This document shows positions 1 to 13,521 of a stretch of 64,000 nucleotides of DNA, piece by piece; the first letter of the stretch is position 1; every line of letters begins with the position of its first letter. The notes beneath the pieces are model-generated. The model did not search any database. It had not been told where the DNA came from and saw only the letters and a program-made list of their open reading frames with translations. Source of the DNA: Chiloscyllium plagiosum (lineage: Eukaryota); the NCBI RefSeq assembly GCF_004010195.1, contig NC_057719.1:40405323-40469322 (forward strand). The letters are read 5' to 3'. The translations under genes and the position numbers were made by a program.

Positions 1-280
1 GGTGCCCTAATTGAGCTTTCACGTCTCATCTTTACATTAGCCTCCTTCTGATTGACGAGAGATTCAACTTCTTTAGTAAACCACGGTTCCCTCGCTTGAC
101 CACTTCCTCCCGGCCTGACAGATACATACTTAGCAAGGACATGCATTAGCTGTTCCTTGAATAATCTCCATATTTCAATTGTTGCCATCCCCTGCAGTTT
201 CCTTTCCAACCCTATGCATCCTAAATCTTGCCTAATTGCATCATAATTGCCTTACGCCCCCCCCCGGTCTCTAACTCTTG
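1..280 (-). mobile_element. CR1-like LINE ORF2 fragment
   Basis: Reverse strand resembles the EN-RT linker of the other CR1 copies; decayed. Confidence 0.5.
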
Positions 281-589
281 CTTGATTATCTGAGCGAGGC
301 AGGTGGAGAGTGTTTTGTTCGGATAACTGTTCTGATTGTAAATAAAGAAAGCATTCTCAAGTGTAAATGGAACCCCATGACACACAGTCTCAGCCAGAAC
401 CACTGACTCATGTATTACACCAGTCAACTTGATCAAATCAAAACAAGGGCATTTATAATGAGTGAGAATTTTGAAATGCTTAAAATAGATTGAATTGTTC
501 CATGACTTAAATGAATATATTTTAAAGAAATGTTAAAGTGAATTGGAGCTTCCCAGATAACTCAGAACATTTGTAAGTGCAGTCCTGTT

Positions 590-1110
590 CCTTTAACACC
601 AAAAAGAAGTGGACGCTTTGGAGAGGGTGCACAGAAGGTTTACGAGGATGTTGCCTGGTATAGAAGGTACTAGCTATGAAGAAAGGTTGAGTAAGTTAGG
701 TTTATTTTTTTTTGATAAAAGGAGATTGAGGGGGGACCTGATTGAGGTTTATAAAATCATGAAGGGTATAGACAGGGTGGATAGAGACAAGCTTTTTCCC
801 AGGGTGAAGGATTCAATAACGAGAAGTCACACTTTCAAGGTGAGAGGTGAAAGGTTTAAGGGGGATACACGGGGCAAGTACTTCACACAGAGGGTGGTGG
901 GCGTTTGGAACGCGTTGCCAGCAGAGGTGGTTGAGGTGGGCACGGTAGATTAATTTAAGATCCGTCTGGATAAATGCATGAGTAGATGGGGAGTAGAGGG
1001 ATACAGATGCTTAAGAATTGACCGACAGGTTTAGACAGTACATTTGGATTGGCTCAGGCTTGGAGGGCTGAAGGGCCTGTTCCTGGCTGTAAATTTTTTT
1101 TGTTTTTGTT
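590..1110 (+). mobile_element. CR1 (HER1-like) LINE 3' end
   Basis: ORF 609-953 [14 protein letters not shown]...YEERL...RRLRGDLIEVYKIM...FTQRVVGVWNALP, the CR1 ORF2 C-terminus, followed by the 3' UTR hairpin. Confidence 0.88.
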
Positions 1111-1324
1111 ATGATATGTGTTGCAATACCTCAAACTGAGTCTCTGTGTGCTACAGTAAACTTTCTCAAAGAGTTTTTCAATTGCATTTTTTTTGTAAGA
1201 AGTACCCAGATGCTAAATTGAATTTGTCCTGCATCGTTGGAAAATGGGCTTCCCATTTTGAACACAAACAATTATACCTGTACCTTGTTACTTTCACTCT
1301 TATCCGGAATCATCTTTGCAATCC

Positions 1325-1760
1325 TTACCTCTACATCCCTGGAACTTTTCAGAGGCCTATAGAAAACACCCAACAGGATGACCTCACCTTCCCTGTTTCT
1401 AACCTCAACTCATGCTACCTCAGTCGACAAGTTCTCATCAAACGTCCTTTCTGCCACCGTAATGCTGTCCTTGACTAACAATGCCAAACCTCCCCTTCTT
1501 TTACCACCTTCCCTGTACTTACTGAAACATCTAAACCCTGGAACCTGCAACAACCATTCCTGTCCATTTTTTATCCATGTCTTTGAAATGGCCACAATGT
1601 CGAAGTCCCAGATACATGCTACAAGTTCATCTACTTATTCCGGATTCTCCTGATGTTTAAGTAGACACACTTAAAGCCATTTTCCTGCGACCTTGAAACC
1701 CTATTTATGACCTCACTACTCTCAACCTCTAGTACTCTGGAGCAAAAATTCGGGTTTCCA
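1325..1760 (-). mobile_element. CR1 LINE APE endonuclease fragment
   Basis: AISKTWIKNGQEWLLQVPGFRCF...REGGKRRGGLALLVK. Confidence 0.8.
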
Positions 1761-3307
1761 TGAAAAATATATTGCTTCAAGAATACTCACCTGGAGATAG
1801 AAGCGCCGTGGCCAACATGAAAAGTGAAAGGTAATGTCAAATCAAAGGGAGAGGCTTGATATTAGGAATCTCCCAGGCGTAATCTATGATCTCCAGGATG
1901 TGGAACACATTACCACTCTCACTTGGACCTGAACACCAACTTGTGCCACTGAACCTTGTATCGGTCTAAAATGGCTGCTATCACACTTCCAACGGGACCA
2001 CTCTGCTGTGGATAGAGCTGCGTAGTGTGACACAGATGGCATTGGGTTCAGGACACAGATGCAGTGGGCCGAATGGGAGGTGAAGGGGCCTGAGTCTCTG
2101 CAGAATTTGGCAGCTAGTGAATGGGAAGTAGGGAGAAAGTGGGGAGCCCAAAGTTGTCCAATACAGCACCTATGATTTGAGAAATATCAAGCACACTATG
2201 TCCACTGCTAGTTATCCATTATGTGAATTTAAGAATGCAAGATTGATGTTTAAAAGTTGACCCAGGCCCCTTATTAAATAAGTTTCCACTAGTTACAACA
2301 GTCTGTGGAACATCTAGAGAGTATTATGATTCATGTGTTCATCTTGGTAATGGTGACACTAATAATCATCTTTTAATGTGCTAAGAAACTCATTACTGTA
2401 CATGATGAAACTAACAAGTGGTGTGTAGTTTCTAGAGTAATTTTTGATGATTAAAAGTTGGGTTGCTCTCAGGTACTAAACTAGATACTCTGATTAGAAA
2501 TGCTATGATAAATCCATTTCAACTGCATAAACAGGACTAAATCATTCTCAAATTTACCAAACATTTCTAACAATCTTTTAAAAATAACATTCCAAAGCAC
2601 TGACCGATTCTGTTGGTTCACAGAAGATGTTAATTTCGATTAGCAAATGAATTGGAGCACAACCCTGGCCAAAAAAAGGTACTTAAAATTATTGCTACTT
2701 TGAAGGTTTCCTGTTTCTGAATTACTGATTGCACCAACATCTGAGTGTTTTAGCAGTTAGTCAAATACATAACATTAAGTAAATGTGGTCAAGAAAAGGT
2801 GCTTGCATGCTTATCCATCCTTGATGTTGATATTGTTTTGAAGATATTTATTGCTCATTCTGGTTCAATGCAACTGAGAACCTTGATAAGCAGTTTTGCC
2901 TTGTTAACGCTGGAGTTATTATTAAAACCAGATGGATGAAGAATGCCCTGAAAGAATGTTAAATGGCAGTTCATTTTAGCATGAGAAGATTATCTATCAT
3001 TTTCAATTCACTAATAGTTAAAATTTTGGCACATGGAAATATAGGGAGAGGTTCTGAAGTTGTTCCATTTGGCCTCATTTAATTGATGTGTAAGTCCCAA
3101 ATAGAAGAACGCACTCTGTTTACCGATTCCTGTGTTTTGAAAAATTGAGTTCAGATTTTGAAACCGCTGGCAGCTTAATTTGCACACTATGGGATGGTCC
3201 AGGTAATTTTTTTTTTGTCCAGTGACCTCCATTATGTAATCATATCTGCTTATGCTGAGATTAATTTCACTGTTTAATCTTAACGAGTTTTCATTTTGTC
3301 ATTGCAG

Positions 3308-3529
3308 CTTGTTGATCTCATTGAAAATAACTCCGTAGTCATCGTACGAGGTGCAACGGGCAGTGGTAAGAGTACACAACTGCCTCAGTATATTCTTGAA
3401 TACTATTTAAAGAAACCTGCATTCTGCAATATTGTTGTAACCCAGCCACGAAAAATTGGAGCAATCAGTATTGCACGCTGGATCTGCAAAGAACGTTGTT
3501 TGTCAATAGGAGGCTTGGTTGGATATCAG
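3308..3529 (+). CDS. TDRD9: TDRD9 exon (222 nt): LVDLIENNSVVIVRGATGSGKSTQLPQYIL...GGLVGYQ, motifs I/Ia
   Basis: ttgcag| acceptor, |gtatgt donor, phase 0/0, Walker A. Confidence 0.96.
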
Positions 3530-3877
3530 GTATGTTGATTCTGCCACTTGTAAAGGTTACACTTTAACCTTTACAATTCTTTATGATGCTCATAATATTA
3601 TCTTTGAAAGTTTTTTCCAATGTGACTGATTAGTGTTAACAACTATTGTGTTAGTGGCTTTGAATATATTTTATATTCTCTATTCTGCCAAAAGTGTTTG
3701 ATTTTTTTATCTTCTCCATTTTTTTTTAATAAAGTGCAACTTTAAGAATAAACACATGTGTTTGACACCTTGGATTTTTCTTTACAAGGGAGAAATTTAA
3801 TCCAAAATTCTAATTTATTTAAATTCCTTAACTGGAAATGAGGATTTTCATTAGCACATCTTCAGAATAATTGAGTC

Positions 3878-4726
3878 AGAGTAGGTCAGGTAGCATTCAT
3901 GGAGAGAGAGACCCAGGTGACATTTTGAGTATAGGTGACTCTCAGAGCTGACATTAAGTGTGGAAAAGGCAACATTTATGAAATAGTGGGAGGTTTGGGG
4001 GGTGGGTTGGAAAACTGGGGGTGTGCTCAAGGAATGGAGTCCATGGTCTCTGGGACACGTTAGTCCATTCCTCGACCACCAACATCACATCTCCTTCCCA
4101 TGGCAACTTCTCATGTAACTGTAGAAGATGCAACACTTGCCCCTTCACCTCCTCCCTGCTTACCATCCAGGAACCTTAAGTGTTTCCAGGTAAAGCAGCA
4201 TTTCACCTGTACCACCTCCAACCTGGTCTGTTGCTGGACCCAGTATGGCCTACTCTACAATAGAGAAACCAAATGTAGACTGGGTGACCACTTTGCAGAA
4301 CACCGTCAGTATGTACACAAGCGTGACCTCAACCTTCCTGTAGCCGGTCATGTTAACACAGCATTCTGCTCGCATGCCCACTTGTCTGTCCTCTACATGC
4401 TGCAATGCTCCAGAGGATCATAGTGCAAATTGGAGGGACAACATCTCATCTTCAAACTAGGTATCTCACAACCTTCTGGACTTAATATTGAATTCAATAC
4501 CTACAGATTGTGAACCCAGTCACGTTTTTGTCCTTTTCTTATAGCTTTGCTTGTTGCATTCTCCATCCCCATGAGCACACCCCCAGTTTTCCAACCCACC
4601 CCCCAAACCTCTCACTATTTCATAAATGTTGCCTTTTCCACACTTAATGTCAGCTCTGATGAGAGTCACCTATACTAAAAATGTTAGCTGGGTCTCTCTT
4701 TCCATGAATGCTACCTGACCTGCTCT
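3878..4726 (+). mobile_element. Penelope-like element fragment (GIY-YIG remnant) bounded by inverted ~165 bp pLTR arms
   Basis: 4100-4500 LLYNRETKCRLGDHFAEH...PVAGH; 3878-4040 is the reverse complement of 4561-4726. Confidence 0.8.
4651..4690 (+). ncRNA. Degenerate minimal hammerhead ribozyme motif
   Basis: CAGCT-CTGATGA-GAGT(cacctat)ACT-aaaaa-TGTT-AGCTG; stem I CAGCT/AGCTG; GAAAC decayed. Confidence 0.6.
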
Positions 4727-6117
4727 ATCCCTTCGCCCCACTCCAGTGGGACTGTGTATCCTCTACATTTAGACATTGTTTTATCATTCTCACTTTCCAG
4801 TCACTTAATCTGTAGAACATAGAACATAGAAGAATACAGCGCAGTACATTTACCCCCACTGTACTATCAGTACTCTTTTTCCCTCTGCACTGCGCTCCCC
4901 TCCCCCTCTCCCCCCACCCTTACAAAAAATAAATGCTGCGCCTTCTGTGGGCTGGAGTAGTGCTGAAACTGTGTCCACTTATGTTGCAGGCAGTGCAGTA
5001 TCCTGAGAGCTAAAGATACTTGAGATATTTTTGACAGCCACTCAGTGAATATAAGTGTGTAAATAATGAGGGGATCGGCTCCCATATGAGGGGGTTGTAT
5101 GAGTCATGTGAGAGAGCCAGATATACACGAATATTCCCTGGTGGGCAGTGGGTCTGCTCGAGATCAGAGTGAAAGGAATTGGGTCAAGTATGGGTAGTGG
5201 TTGTGGGAATCAGGTATGGGAAGTTGAATCAGGTTAGATCAAAGTGGGATTCATAGGGATATGGGGAATCTGGTTTGATAGTATGTGGAAGGGTTTGATG
5301 ACAGTTAGTCAGAAGTCTTGCTGTGGGGTCTGTCCTCAGTGCAGACATCAGAGTGTCTATGGATGGTCAGGAAATATTTTTGTGGGGGAGACTGCAGTTT
5401 TATAGTTTGGGTTAAAACAGGTTTTCATCTCTAAACTTTCCTGGCTAACTATTCAGAGATAAGTGAATTTGATCCATCTGAAGTCTCCAACTCTAAATTG
5501 GAGTTGGGACATGTACAGAGGTTTTCAGGACAAAAGCCTATAGGAAGCTACAGAAGTTTCTGTCGGTTCAACTTTGTTGAATTTTCCATGTGATCCTCAA
5601 GTGCAACTCCAGTTTATGATTTGGTAACAATTACCTTTCCAGCAAAAGATCTGGGCTCTTACTATTATATTATTAAAATTTCTGTGGCTGATGTTGAAGA
5701 CAAATTAATCATGGATGGAATAGTCATTTCAACTGATGATATGACTACACAAGTCAGATCCCAGTCCAAAATCTGACTTGATAGAAGTTTTGTTTTGGTT
5801 TTGCTATGTGTCTTTCACCGAAATGCAAATATGCAAAGCTGCAGGTTTGTTTTAAACAATGAAACATATGTTTATTTCGCAAAAAATAGTGAAGATAAAA
5901 TATAATAAACTAAACTATTTCACAGAGGTAATTTCCTTCTCTTTCATGTTTATAAAACTTAATTTAATTGTGGCGTCATTTCCCATCTTGAGAATCTGAG
6001 CTTCTTCCAGCACCTTTTATACAATTGGGCTTAGACTTTTGAAACTTAATATCACTCTGCTAAACAAAGTTTAAGAGGCATTTAGACAAACACAAATGAC
6101 AAGCAAAGAAAAGAGGG

Positions 6118-6216
6118 AACAAAACAGAAATTGCAGGAAAAGCTCAACAGGTCTGGCAGCACCTGTGAAGAGAAATCAGAGTTAACATTTTGGGTCTGGT
6201 GACCCTTCCTCAGTTC
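6118..6216 (-). mobile_element. PLE-terminus-derived short insert with degenerate hammerhead
   Basis: Reverse complement: CTGAGGA-A-GGGTC(acca)GACCC-aAAAtGTT-AACT followed by the ctgatttctct...gctgccagacctg tail. Confidence 0.7.
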
Positions 6217-6421
6217 TGGGTCAAAAATTAATTTTGAGTAAAATAGGACAATTGAAATTCCAGTGGCACAGAAGAAATGTTTCATAGAAATTGTATGTAT
6301 CATTGTGTTGGCATGTTGCATCAGTTTAAAAGTAGATATCAGTTAATGCACCTAATTCATTTTTCTTTTATTATTACTGTTATTACTTTGAATAATTTCA
6401 TGTTTTTTGTTGTTGAAATAG

Positions 6422-6544
6422 GTTGGATTAGAAAAAGAAGTTGGTGCAGACACTCAACTAACTTACATGACAACAGGCGTTCTGCTTCAAAAAATTGTTA
6501 ATGCAAAATGCCTGACTGAATTTACACACATCTTCATTGATGAA
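6422..6544 (+). CDS. TDRD9: TDRD9 exon (123 nt): VGLEKEVGADTQLTYMTTGVLLQKIVNAKCLTEFTHIFIDE
   Basis: aaatag| and |gtagga, phase 0/0; ends with DE of DEVH. Confidence 0.95.
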
Positions 6545-7989
6545 GTAGGATATTTTCCATCAACTTTCTCATCATTAAATGTTGAGGCTTGATTTAACCA
6601 AAAAATCATTCCTAAGATCTTTGTGTATTTATTACCAGTCCCTAATTGCTATTGAGGCTGGTGGGCAGCCCCCTTAAAGTGAAGTCCATATGATGTCTGC
6701 ACATATACAATATAGTTAAGAGGTTGTGAAGGCCAGTTCATTGCATTATTTTAAGATAGAGTTCTTGATTGTTAAAGGGACCAAAGGTTATGGGGAGAAG
6801 GCAGGAGAATGGGGTTGAGAAACTTATCAGCCATGATTGAATGATAGAGCAAACTCAGTGGACCAAATGGTTTCTTTTCTGCTCCATTGTCTTCTGGTAT
6901 GTCAATGCTGAGGGGGAAGTGAATATTTAATATATATTGAATGGACAAACTTAGAAAGTGGGTTGCTTTGTTCTGGATAATGATGAGCTTTTTTGACTTA
7001 GCTAGGTATCAAAATGTAATGTTTTATGGCTGGAGGATAGGTTCTTGGGAGTCATGAGCAGAGTGGCCTCTAAGTTTCTTGCTGGCTGCTCAGGCCTCCG
7101 AGGTGTGTACTAGCGACATCCGGAACTGACTGTGCCATGATTGGCAAGTTGATGCTATTTTGTGTGTGTGTGGAGCGTTGGAGCTGCTGTGCACACAAGT
7201 AACGTGTAATTGAAAGTGAGAGTTTAATCCTTTGTTTCCTTTTAGACCAGATTGGACTCAGATTAATTTGTTTAAACTCAGTTTGCACGCCTGGGAGACG
7301 TACATATCCAAAAATGGCATACAGCTCAAGTAATGATTGCAAGAACAAGGCTTTTATACAATTTATGCAGATAACAGGCTTCCAATCAAAATATTACGCA
7401 TTTACTCACCCATATCTCTATCTAATCATGTTCGCAAAGTTTACGTTTCATGTTAGTGTACCTGACTATGTTATCAAATCATTCTACATGTTCACATCTC
7501 CTTACTGCAGTAGGTACCTGACTATTACCAAGAAACTGAAACTGCTTTCCCCTTTCACACCCTCCTATTACATATGCTGTCTATTTTCTCTTTTAGAGGT
7601 AACATTGGTCAGGAGGTGAAATTCCCACCACAGTTCACAGCCTTAGACATTAAGTAGATGGATCAATTATGCTGTTTGCCTGAATGGTTCCCTTAACTTT
7701 TTGTACTATTTGATTATGAGTGTCACCATTAAATAAAGCATTTGTTGCTCAACCTTAATTGCCTGTGAGAAGGAGATAATGAGGTAAAAACAAAGACTGC
7801 AGATGCTGGAAACCAGATTCTGGATTAGTGGTGCTGGAAAAGCACGGTTCAGGCAGCATCCAAGGAGCAATTCAGCTGGGGTATTTTCTCTACCTTTTGA
7901 TCCTGGAGATTGAGGTTCAAGTCCTATCTGCTCCACAGGTGTGTTAAAGCATCTCTGAACAGAAGGGGGATTTAGTAATGGAATGTGAC

Positions 7990-9630
7990 GAAATGGCGAG
8001 GCATTGAATAGGTATTTTGTGTCGCTCTTCGCACTGGAGGACATGAATAACATGCCAGAAATTGACAAAGAGATGAAGGTAGGTGAGAACCTGGAAACAA
8101 TCATCATCACGAAGGAGATAGTGTTGGGCAGGCTAATGGACCTAAAGGTAGACAAGTCTCCTGGCACTGATGGAATACATCCCAGGGTGCTAAAAGTAAT
8201 GGTAGGAGAAATAACAAATGCACTTGTGGTAATTTTTCAAAATTCACTGAACTCTGGGGCAGTTCCAGCGGATTGAAAAACAGCCACTGTTGAAAAAGGA
8301 AGATAGACAAAAGATGGGGAATTATATACCAGTTGGCTTAGCTTCTATAGTGGGGAAAATGTTTGAGTCTATTATCAAGGAAGAAATAGCAAGGCATCGA
8401 GATAGAAATTGTCCGGTTGGGCAGACACAGCATAGGTCCATGAAGGAACAGGTCATGCGTAACTAATCTTTTGGAATTCTGTGAAGACATTACAAGTATG
8501 GTGGACACTGGGGACCCAGTAGATGTAGTGTATCTAGATTTCCAAAAGAAATTTGACAAGGTGCCGCACAGAAAGCTGTTGCCTAAGAAAAAGATGCTAG
8601 GCGTTATGGGCAGTGTCTTAGCAAGGATAGAGGATTGGTTAACCAACAGGAAGCAAAGTGTGGGAATAAATAAATGCTATTCTGGTTGACAATCAGTGAC
8701 TAGTGGTGTGCCTCAGGTATCAGTCTTGGGACTGCAATTAGAGATGATTTGGAGTTGGTGACCACATGTAGTGTAACCATCTAAGATGCATGGTAGAGTA
8801 AAGTGTGCAGAGGACTGTGAAGTCTTGCAAAGGGATGTAGACAGTAGTGGGCAAAGGTCTGACAGATGGATCACAGTATTAATAAATGTGAAGTCATCCA
8901 TTTTGGTAGGAATAACAGTAAAAATGACTATTACTTAATGGTAAGAAATTGCAGCACACTGCTGTGCAGAATCACAGAAGGTAAGTCTGCAGGTGCAACA
9001 GTTAATTAAGAAAGCAAATGGAATTTTGTCCTTCATTGTGTTGAGTTTAGAAACAGGGAGGTTGTGTTGCAGCTATATCGGGTGCTGGTGAAACCACACT
9101 TGGAGATTTGGTTGCCTTACTTTGGGAAAGGATTACTGGCACTGGAGGGGGTGTAAAGGAGATTCACTAGGTTGATTCTGGAGTTGTGAGGGTTGGCTTA
9201 TGAGGAGAGACTGAGTAGACTGGGATTATATTCATTGGAATTCAGAAGAATTTTGTAGAAACATAAAATTATGAAGAGAATAGATAAGATCGAAGTAGAG
9301 AGGATGTTTCCACTGGTGGGTGAAACTAGGTTAAGAGGCATAGCCTCAAAATTAGGGGGAGCAGCTTAGGACGGAATTGAGAAGCAACGTCTTCACCCAG
9401 AGATTTGTGAATCTATGGAATTCCTTACCTAATGAAGTGGTTGAGGCTTCCTGAGTAAATGTTCTTAAAGTTAAGATTTTTTGAACAGTAAAAGAATTAA
9501 AGGTTATAGTGAGAGAGTGGGTAAGTGGAGCTGAGGCCACGAAAATATCAACCATGATCACCTTGAATAGCGGAGCAGGCTTCAAAGTCCAGGTGGCCTG
9601 CTCCTGCTCCTAGTTTTCATCTTATGTTCT
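7990..9630 (+). mobile_element. CR1 LINE ORF2/RT plus 3' UTR, decayed
   Basis: KVDKSPGTDGIHPRVLK; VDVVYLDFQKKFDKVPH; 3' tail ggcctgctcctgctcctagttt. Confidence 0.9.
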
Positions 9631-10014
9631 TATTTACTACAAAATATCTGCAACCAGTGATTGTGGGATATTTGTGCAACTGGAGCTCTGAATCCATTTT
9701 TGGGAGCTGCCCAGTCTAGCCCTAAATGTGTTCCAGGGATTTTCTCTGTTATGTCAAGCAAACTCAGTTCAATGTAGGAAACACTTGTTAGGGTGGTAGT
9801 TAACATTCGGAATGAAACAGATATCAACTGAGATTTCCTCTCCTGTTACTGCTCAGTCTGGCTTGATGTTTGTCAAAAGGATTAGACATGGATGAGACTT
9901 TGGAAAGTTGTTGTATTTGTGAGCCAAGCAAGAGTCTGCAGTTTCTAGGAAATTGGGTGTGAAAGTTTGGCGTGGGAAAGCAAATTAAACCAATTTCCTG
10001 AACTCTCGAAAAGC

Positions 10015-11410
10015 TCCTTATAAGGTGGTGAGGACAAGCCAGGGAACTATAGATCAGTGAGCCTGATGTTGGTGGTGGGCAAGTTATTGAAGGGAATCCT
10101 GAGAGACAGGATGTACATGTATTTGGAAAGGCAAGGACTGATTAGGATTAGTCAACATGGCTTTGTGCATGGGAAATGGTGTTTCTCAAACTTGATGGAG
10201 TTTTGTAAAGAAGCAACAAAGAGGATTGATGAGGGCAAAGCAGTAGATGTGATCTATATCGACTTGAGTAAGGCGTTTGACAAGCTTTCCCATGGGAGAC
10301 TGGTTAGCAAGGTTAGATCTCACAAAACACAGAGAGACTTAGTCTTTCGGATACAGAACTGGCACAAAGGCAGAGGGTAGTGGTGGAGGGTTGTCTTTCA
10401 GACTGGAGGCCTGTGACCAGTGGAGTGCTGCAAGGATCGGTGCTGGGTCCACTACTTTTCATCATTTATATGAATGATTTGGATGTGCGCATAAGAGGTA
10501 TTGTTATTACGTTTGCAGATGACACCAAATTTGGAGATGTAGTGGACAGCAAAAAAGGGTTACTTCGGATTACAACGGGGTCTTGATCGGATGGGCCAAT
10601 GGGCTGAGAAGTGGCAAATGGAGTTTAATTTAGATAAATGTGAGGTGCTGCATTTTGGAAAAGCAAATCTTAGCAGGACTTATACACTTAATGATAAGGT
10701 CCTGGGGAGTGTTGCTAAACAAAGAGACCTTGGAGTGCACGTTCATAGCTCCTTGAAAGTAGAGTCACAGGTAGATAGGATTTTTGGTATGATTTCCTTT
10801 ATTGGTCAGAGTATTGAGTACAGGAGTTGGGATGTCATGTTGTGGCTATACAGGATATTGGTTAGGCCACTGTTGGAATATTGCATGCAGTTCTGGTCTC
10901 CTTCCTATTGAAAAGATGTTGTGAAACTTGAAAGGGTTCAGGAAAGATTTACAAGGATGTTGCCAGGGTTGGAGGATTTGAGCTATAGGGAGAGGCTGAA
11001 CAGGCTGGGGCTATTTTCCCTGGAGCGTCGGAGGCTGAGGGGTGACCTTTATCGAGGTTTACAAAATTGAGGGGCATGGATTGGATAAATAGGCAGAGCC
11101 ATTTCCCTGGGTTGAGGGGGTCCATAACCAGAGGGTATAGGTTTAGGGTGAGAGGGGAAAGATATAAAAGCGATCTAAGGGACAACTTTTTCACGCAGAG
11201 GGTGGTATGTGTATGGAATGAGCTGCAGAGGAAGTGGTGGAGGTAAGTACAATTGCAACATTTAAAAGGCATCTGGATGGGTATGTGAATAGGAAGGATT
11301 TGGAGAGATGTGGGCCGTGTGCTGGCAGGTGGGACTAGATTGGGTTGGGATATCTGGTTGGCATGGATGGGTTGGACCGAAGGATCTGTTTCCGTGCTGT
11401 GCATCTCTGA
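10015..11410 (+). mobile_element. CR1 LINE RT plus 3' end
   Basis: SQHGF, DVIYIDLSKAFDK, VTSGVLQGSVLGPLLF, FADDTK, LVRPLLEYC with stops and frameshifts. Confidence 0.92.
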
Positions 11411-11580
11411 CTTTGACTCGAAGTTGTACATGTTCTAGGATTATGACTATATCTGATCTTTGGGTTCAAATGATAATTGGAAAAAGATGACATTTTGTGA
11501 ATAATTGTGAAGATTTCATAAAACTGACATATAAAACAGGAAAAATGAGCAGCTTCTGTACTTATTGTCATCATGTTCAG

Positions 11581-11661
11581 GTCCACGAACGCACTGAAGA
11601 AATGGATTTTCTGTTGCTGGTTGTCCGTAAGCTACTCCGTACAAATTCACGGTTTGTTAAG
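11581..11661 (+). CDS. TDRD9: TDRD9 exon (81 nt): VHERTEEMDFLLLVVRKLLRTNSRFVK
   Basis: gttcag| and |gtgagt; completes DEVH. Confidence 0.95.
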
Positions 11662-12429
11662 GTGAGTCTTTCATAAAATGCCTAAACAGATTCCTTCAAT
11701 GATTACCACCTACACAAAGATATTTACAATTTTATCTGTGCAATATCTAGTGCAAAAGTGTAGCACATTTCATTCTTTGTTGTAAAGCATGTTATATGTG
11801 CTATGAATGAGTTGCTCAGGCCATGTGAGGAACTAAAGAAACATGTAATTGTTGGGGCTTATATTTGTTATATGTTTGGAGTTTGGTCAGTTTGGTGACA
11901 TTTGACAATTCCTTACAATACTGTGGTGTTATATTTTGTTCAGTGGTAGCACTTCTGCCTCGTATCAGAGCATTGTTGGATCTCACCTCATTATGAAGTG
12001 TTGCACATGTCATCTAGGTCAGTCTGTCCCAAATTATTTTTCAGTGTAACCCCATTTTAACACTTGAGAATCAACCTAACGTCAGGCACCAAAAAAAAGC
12101 ACTGTAGCATTCAGTGTATAATTACTGATGTTTCTACATTGCAGATCAATATGTAATACATGATATCAGTAGGAAAATGTATTTTAGTTTACTGGGTCAA
12201 AAGATGATTTCATATTCTTATGTAGGCTTTAGCCATGCTGTTCACAATCCTGGTGATAGATGACTCAGTGCTGTGTTGCCCATTGCCCTCTATAAAGATG
12301 GCACTTGTTCGTCTGGGCATGTCAGCAGGGGAAATCTGTCAGCTGTCTCCCTGTTCAGCACAAACACAAGACCAGTAGCTACTTATTTGGGGTTGTGCCC
12401 TAAATGTGAAGCCTCTCTGTCCATCCTCC

Positions 12430-12745
12430 ATGCTGTCCTCTGCCATGAGAACGGACCTCTATGTCACAGAAGCCAAACACCAACTCTCCAACACCACATC
12501 CTACCTCCCCTTTGCCCACAACCCCACTGGACTCTATCAGGCCAAAATCACCTGCACTGTCCATGTCCTCATTGCCTCCGGTGATTTCCCCTCCACTGTC
12601 TCCAAACTCATGGTCTCCCAGCCCGATACTGTCCAGTTCTACCTGCTCCCCAATATCCACAAGCCCAACTACCCTGGCCCACTGAACTCCTACCTCGACT
12701 CCATCCTCTTTCCCTTAGTTCAGGCACTTCCCTACCTACATCACT
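12430..12745 (+). mobile_element. Penelope-like RT N-terminal fragment
   Basis: DLYVTEAKHQLSNTTSYLP...FYLLPNIHKPNYPG...SYLDSILFPLVQ. Confidence 0.75.
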
Positions 12746-13356
12746 TAATGAGGCATTAAGTGAATGCAATTTTTTTCCCATGCGATTCCTTCTTAGTTTT
12801 CCCTATCCTTTGTCTCCAAACTATAAAAGAAACCTCATTGGAGTTTCAGTTTCTAACATGACATTTAAACTACCTCCTTGCAGAGATGCACCTTTTTTAT
12901 GGTATAATTCAGGTACAGGTCAGCATGGATAGGCATAAAATTAACATGGAAATCTATATATTTATAAATATTGATGCTATAACTTGCTGTTGCTAAAGGT
13001 CTATAGAAATAGGAGCATGCATAGGCCACTTAAATTCTTGAGCATGCTCTGCCGTTTAGCTGGAGCATCGCTGATATTCTACCATGACACCATTTCTTGC
13101 TGTATCCCAATTTCCTTTCAGTATCTAGAAATCTATTGATCTGTCTTGAGTATACTCAGTCTCCACGGACCTCTGCATTGATCTGGATTCAAAACAAGAA
13201 AGGACAACCTAAACCAATAATTTATTTACCATAATGCATTGATTGGATGGCATCTGGAGTGCTTATGTACTTATAGTGTTTCAAAATGTTTTTGTTTTAA
13301 TTTTGATAAATTCATGGTAGTTTTCACTTTGAAAAGTGTTTGTTAAATTCTCACAG

Positions 13357-13521
13357 GTGATTCTAATGTCTGCTACAATTAATTGCATGGAATTTGCAGA
13401 CTACTTTGCAGTACCATTCCGAAAGACCCTGACCCCTGCCTATGTATTTGAGGTAGATGGAGTCCCATACAGCATTGATGAATATTATCTTGATGATCTC
13501 AAAGAGCTGATCCATTTCCAG
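13357..13521 (+). CDS. TDRD9: TDRD9 exon (165 nt): VILMSATINCMEFADYF...YYLDDLKELIHFQ, motif III
   Basis: tcacag| and |gtgaga, phase 0/0. Confidence 0.95.

Noticed and set aside
1146..1478. 110-aa ORF containing KYPD, superficially like the TDRD9 sequence preceding motif I
   Set aside because: No further similarity, no suitable splice sites, and its 3' half is antisense CR1 endonuclease
1..3307. Upstream TDRD9 exon, start codon or promoter
   Set aside because: No phase-0 exon with plausible peptide and no CpG island found; presumably upstream of the window
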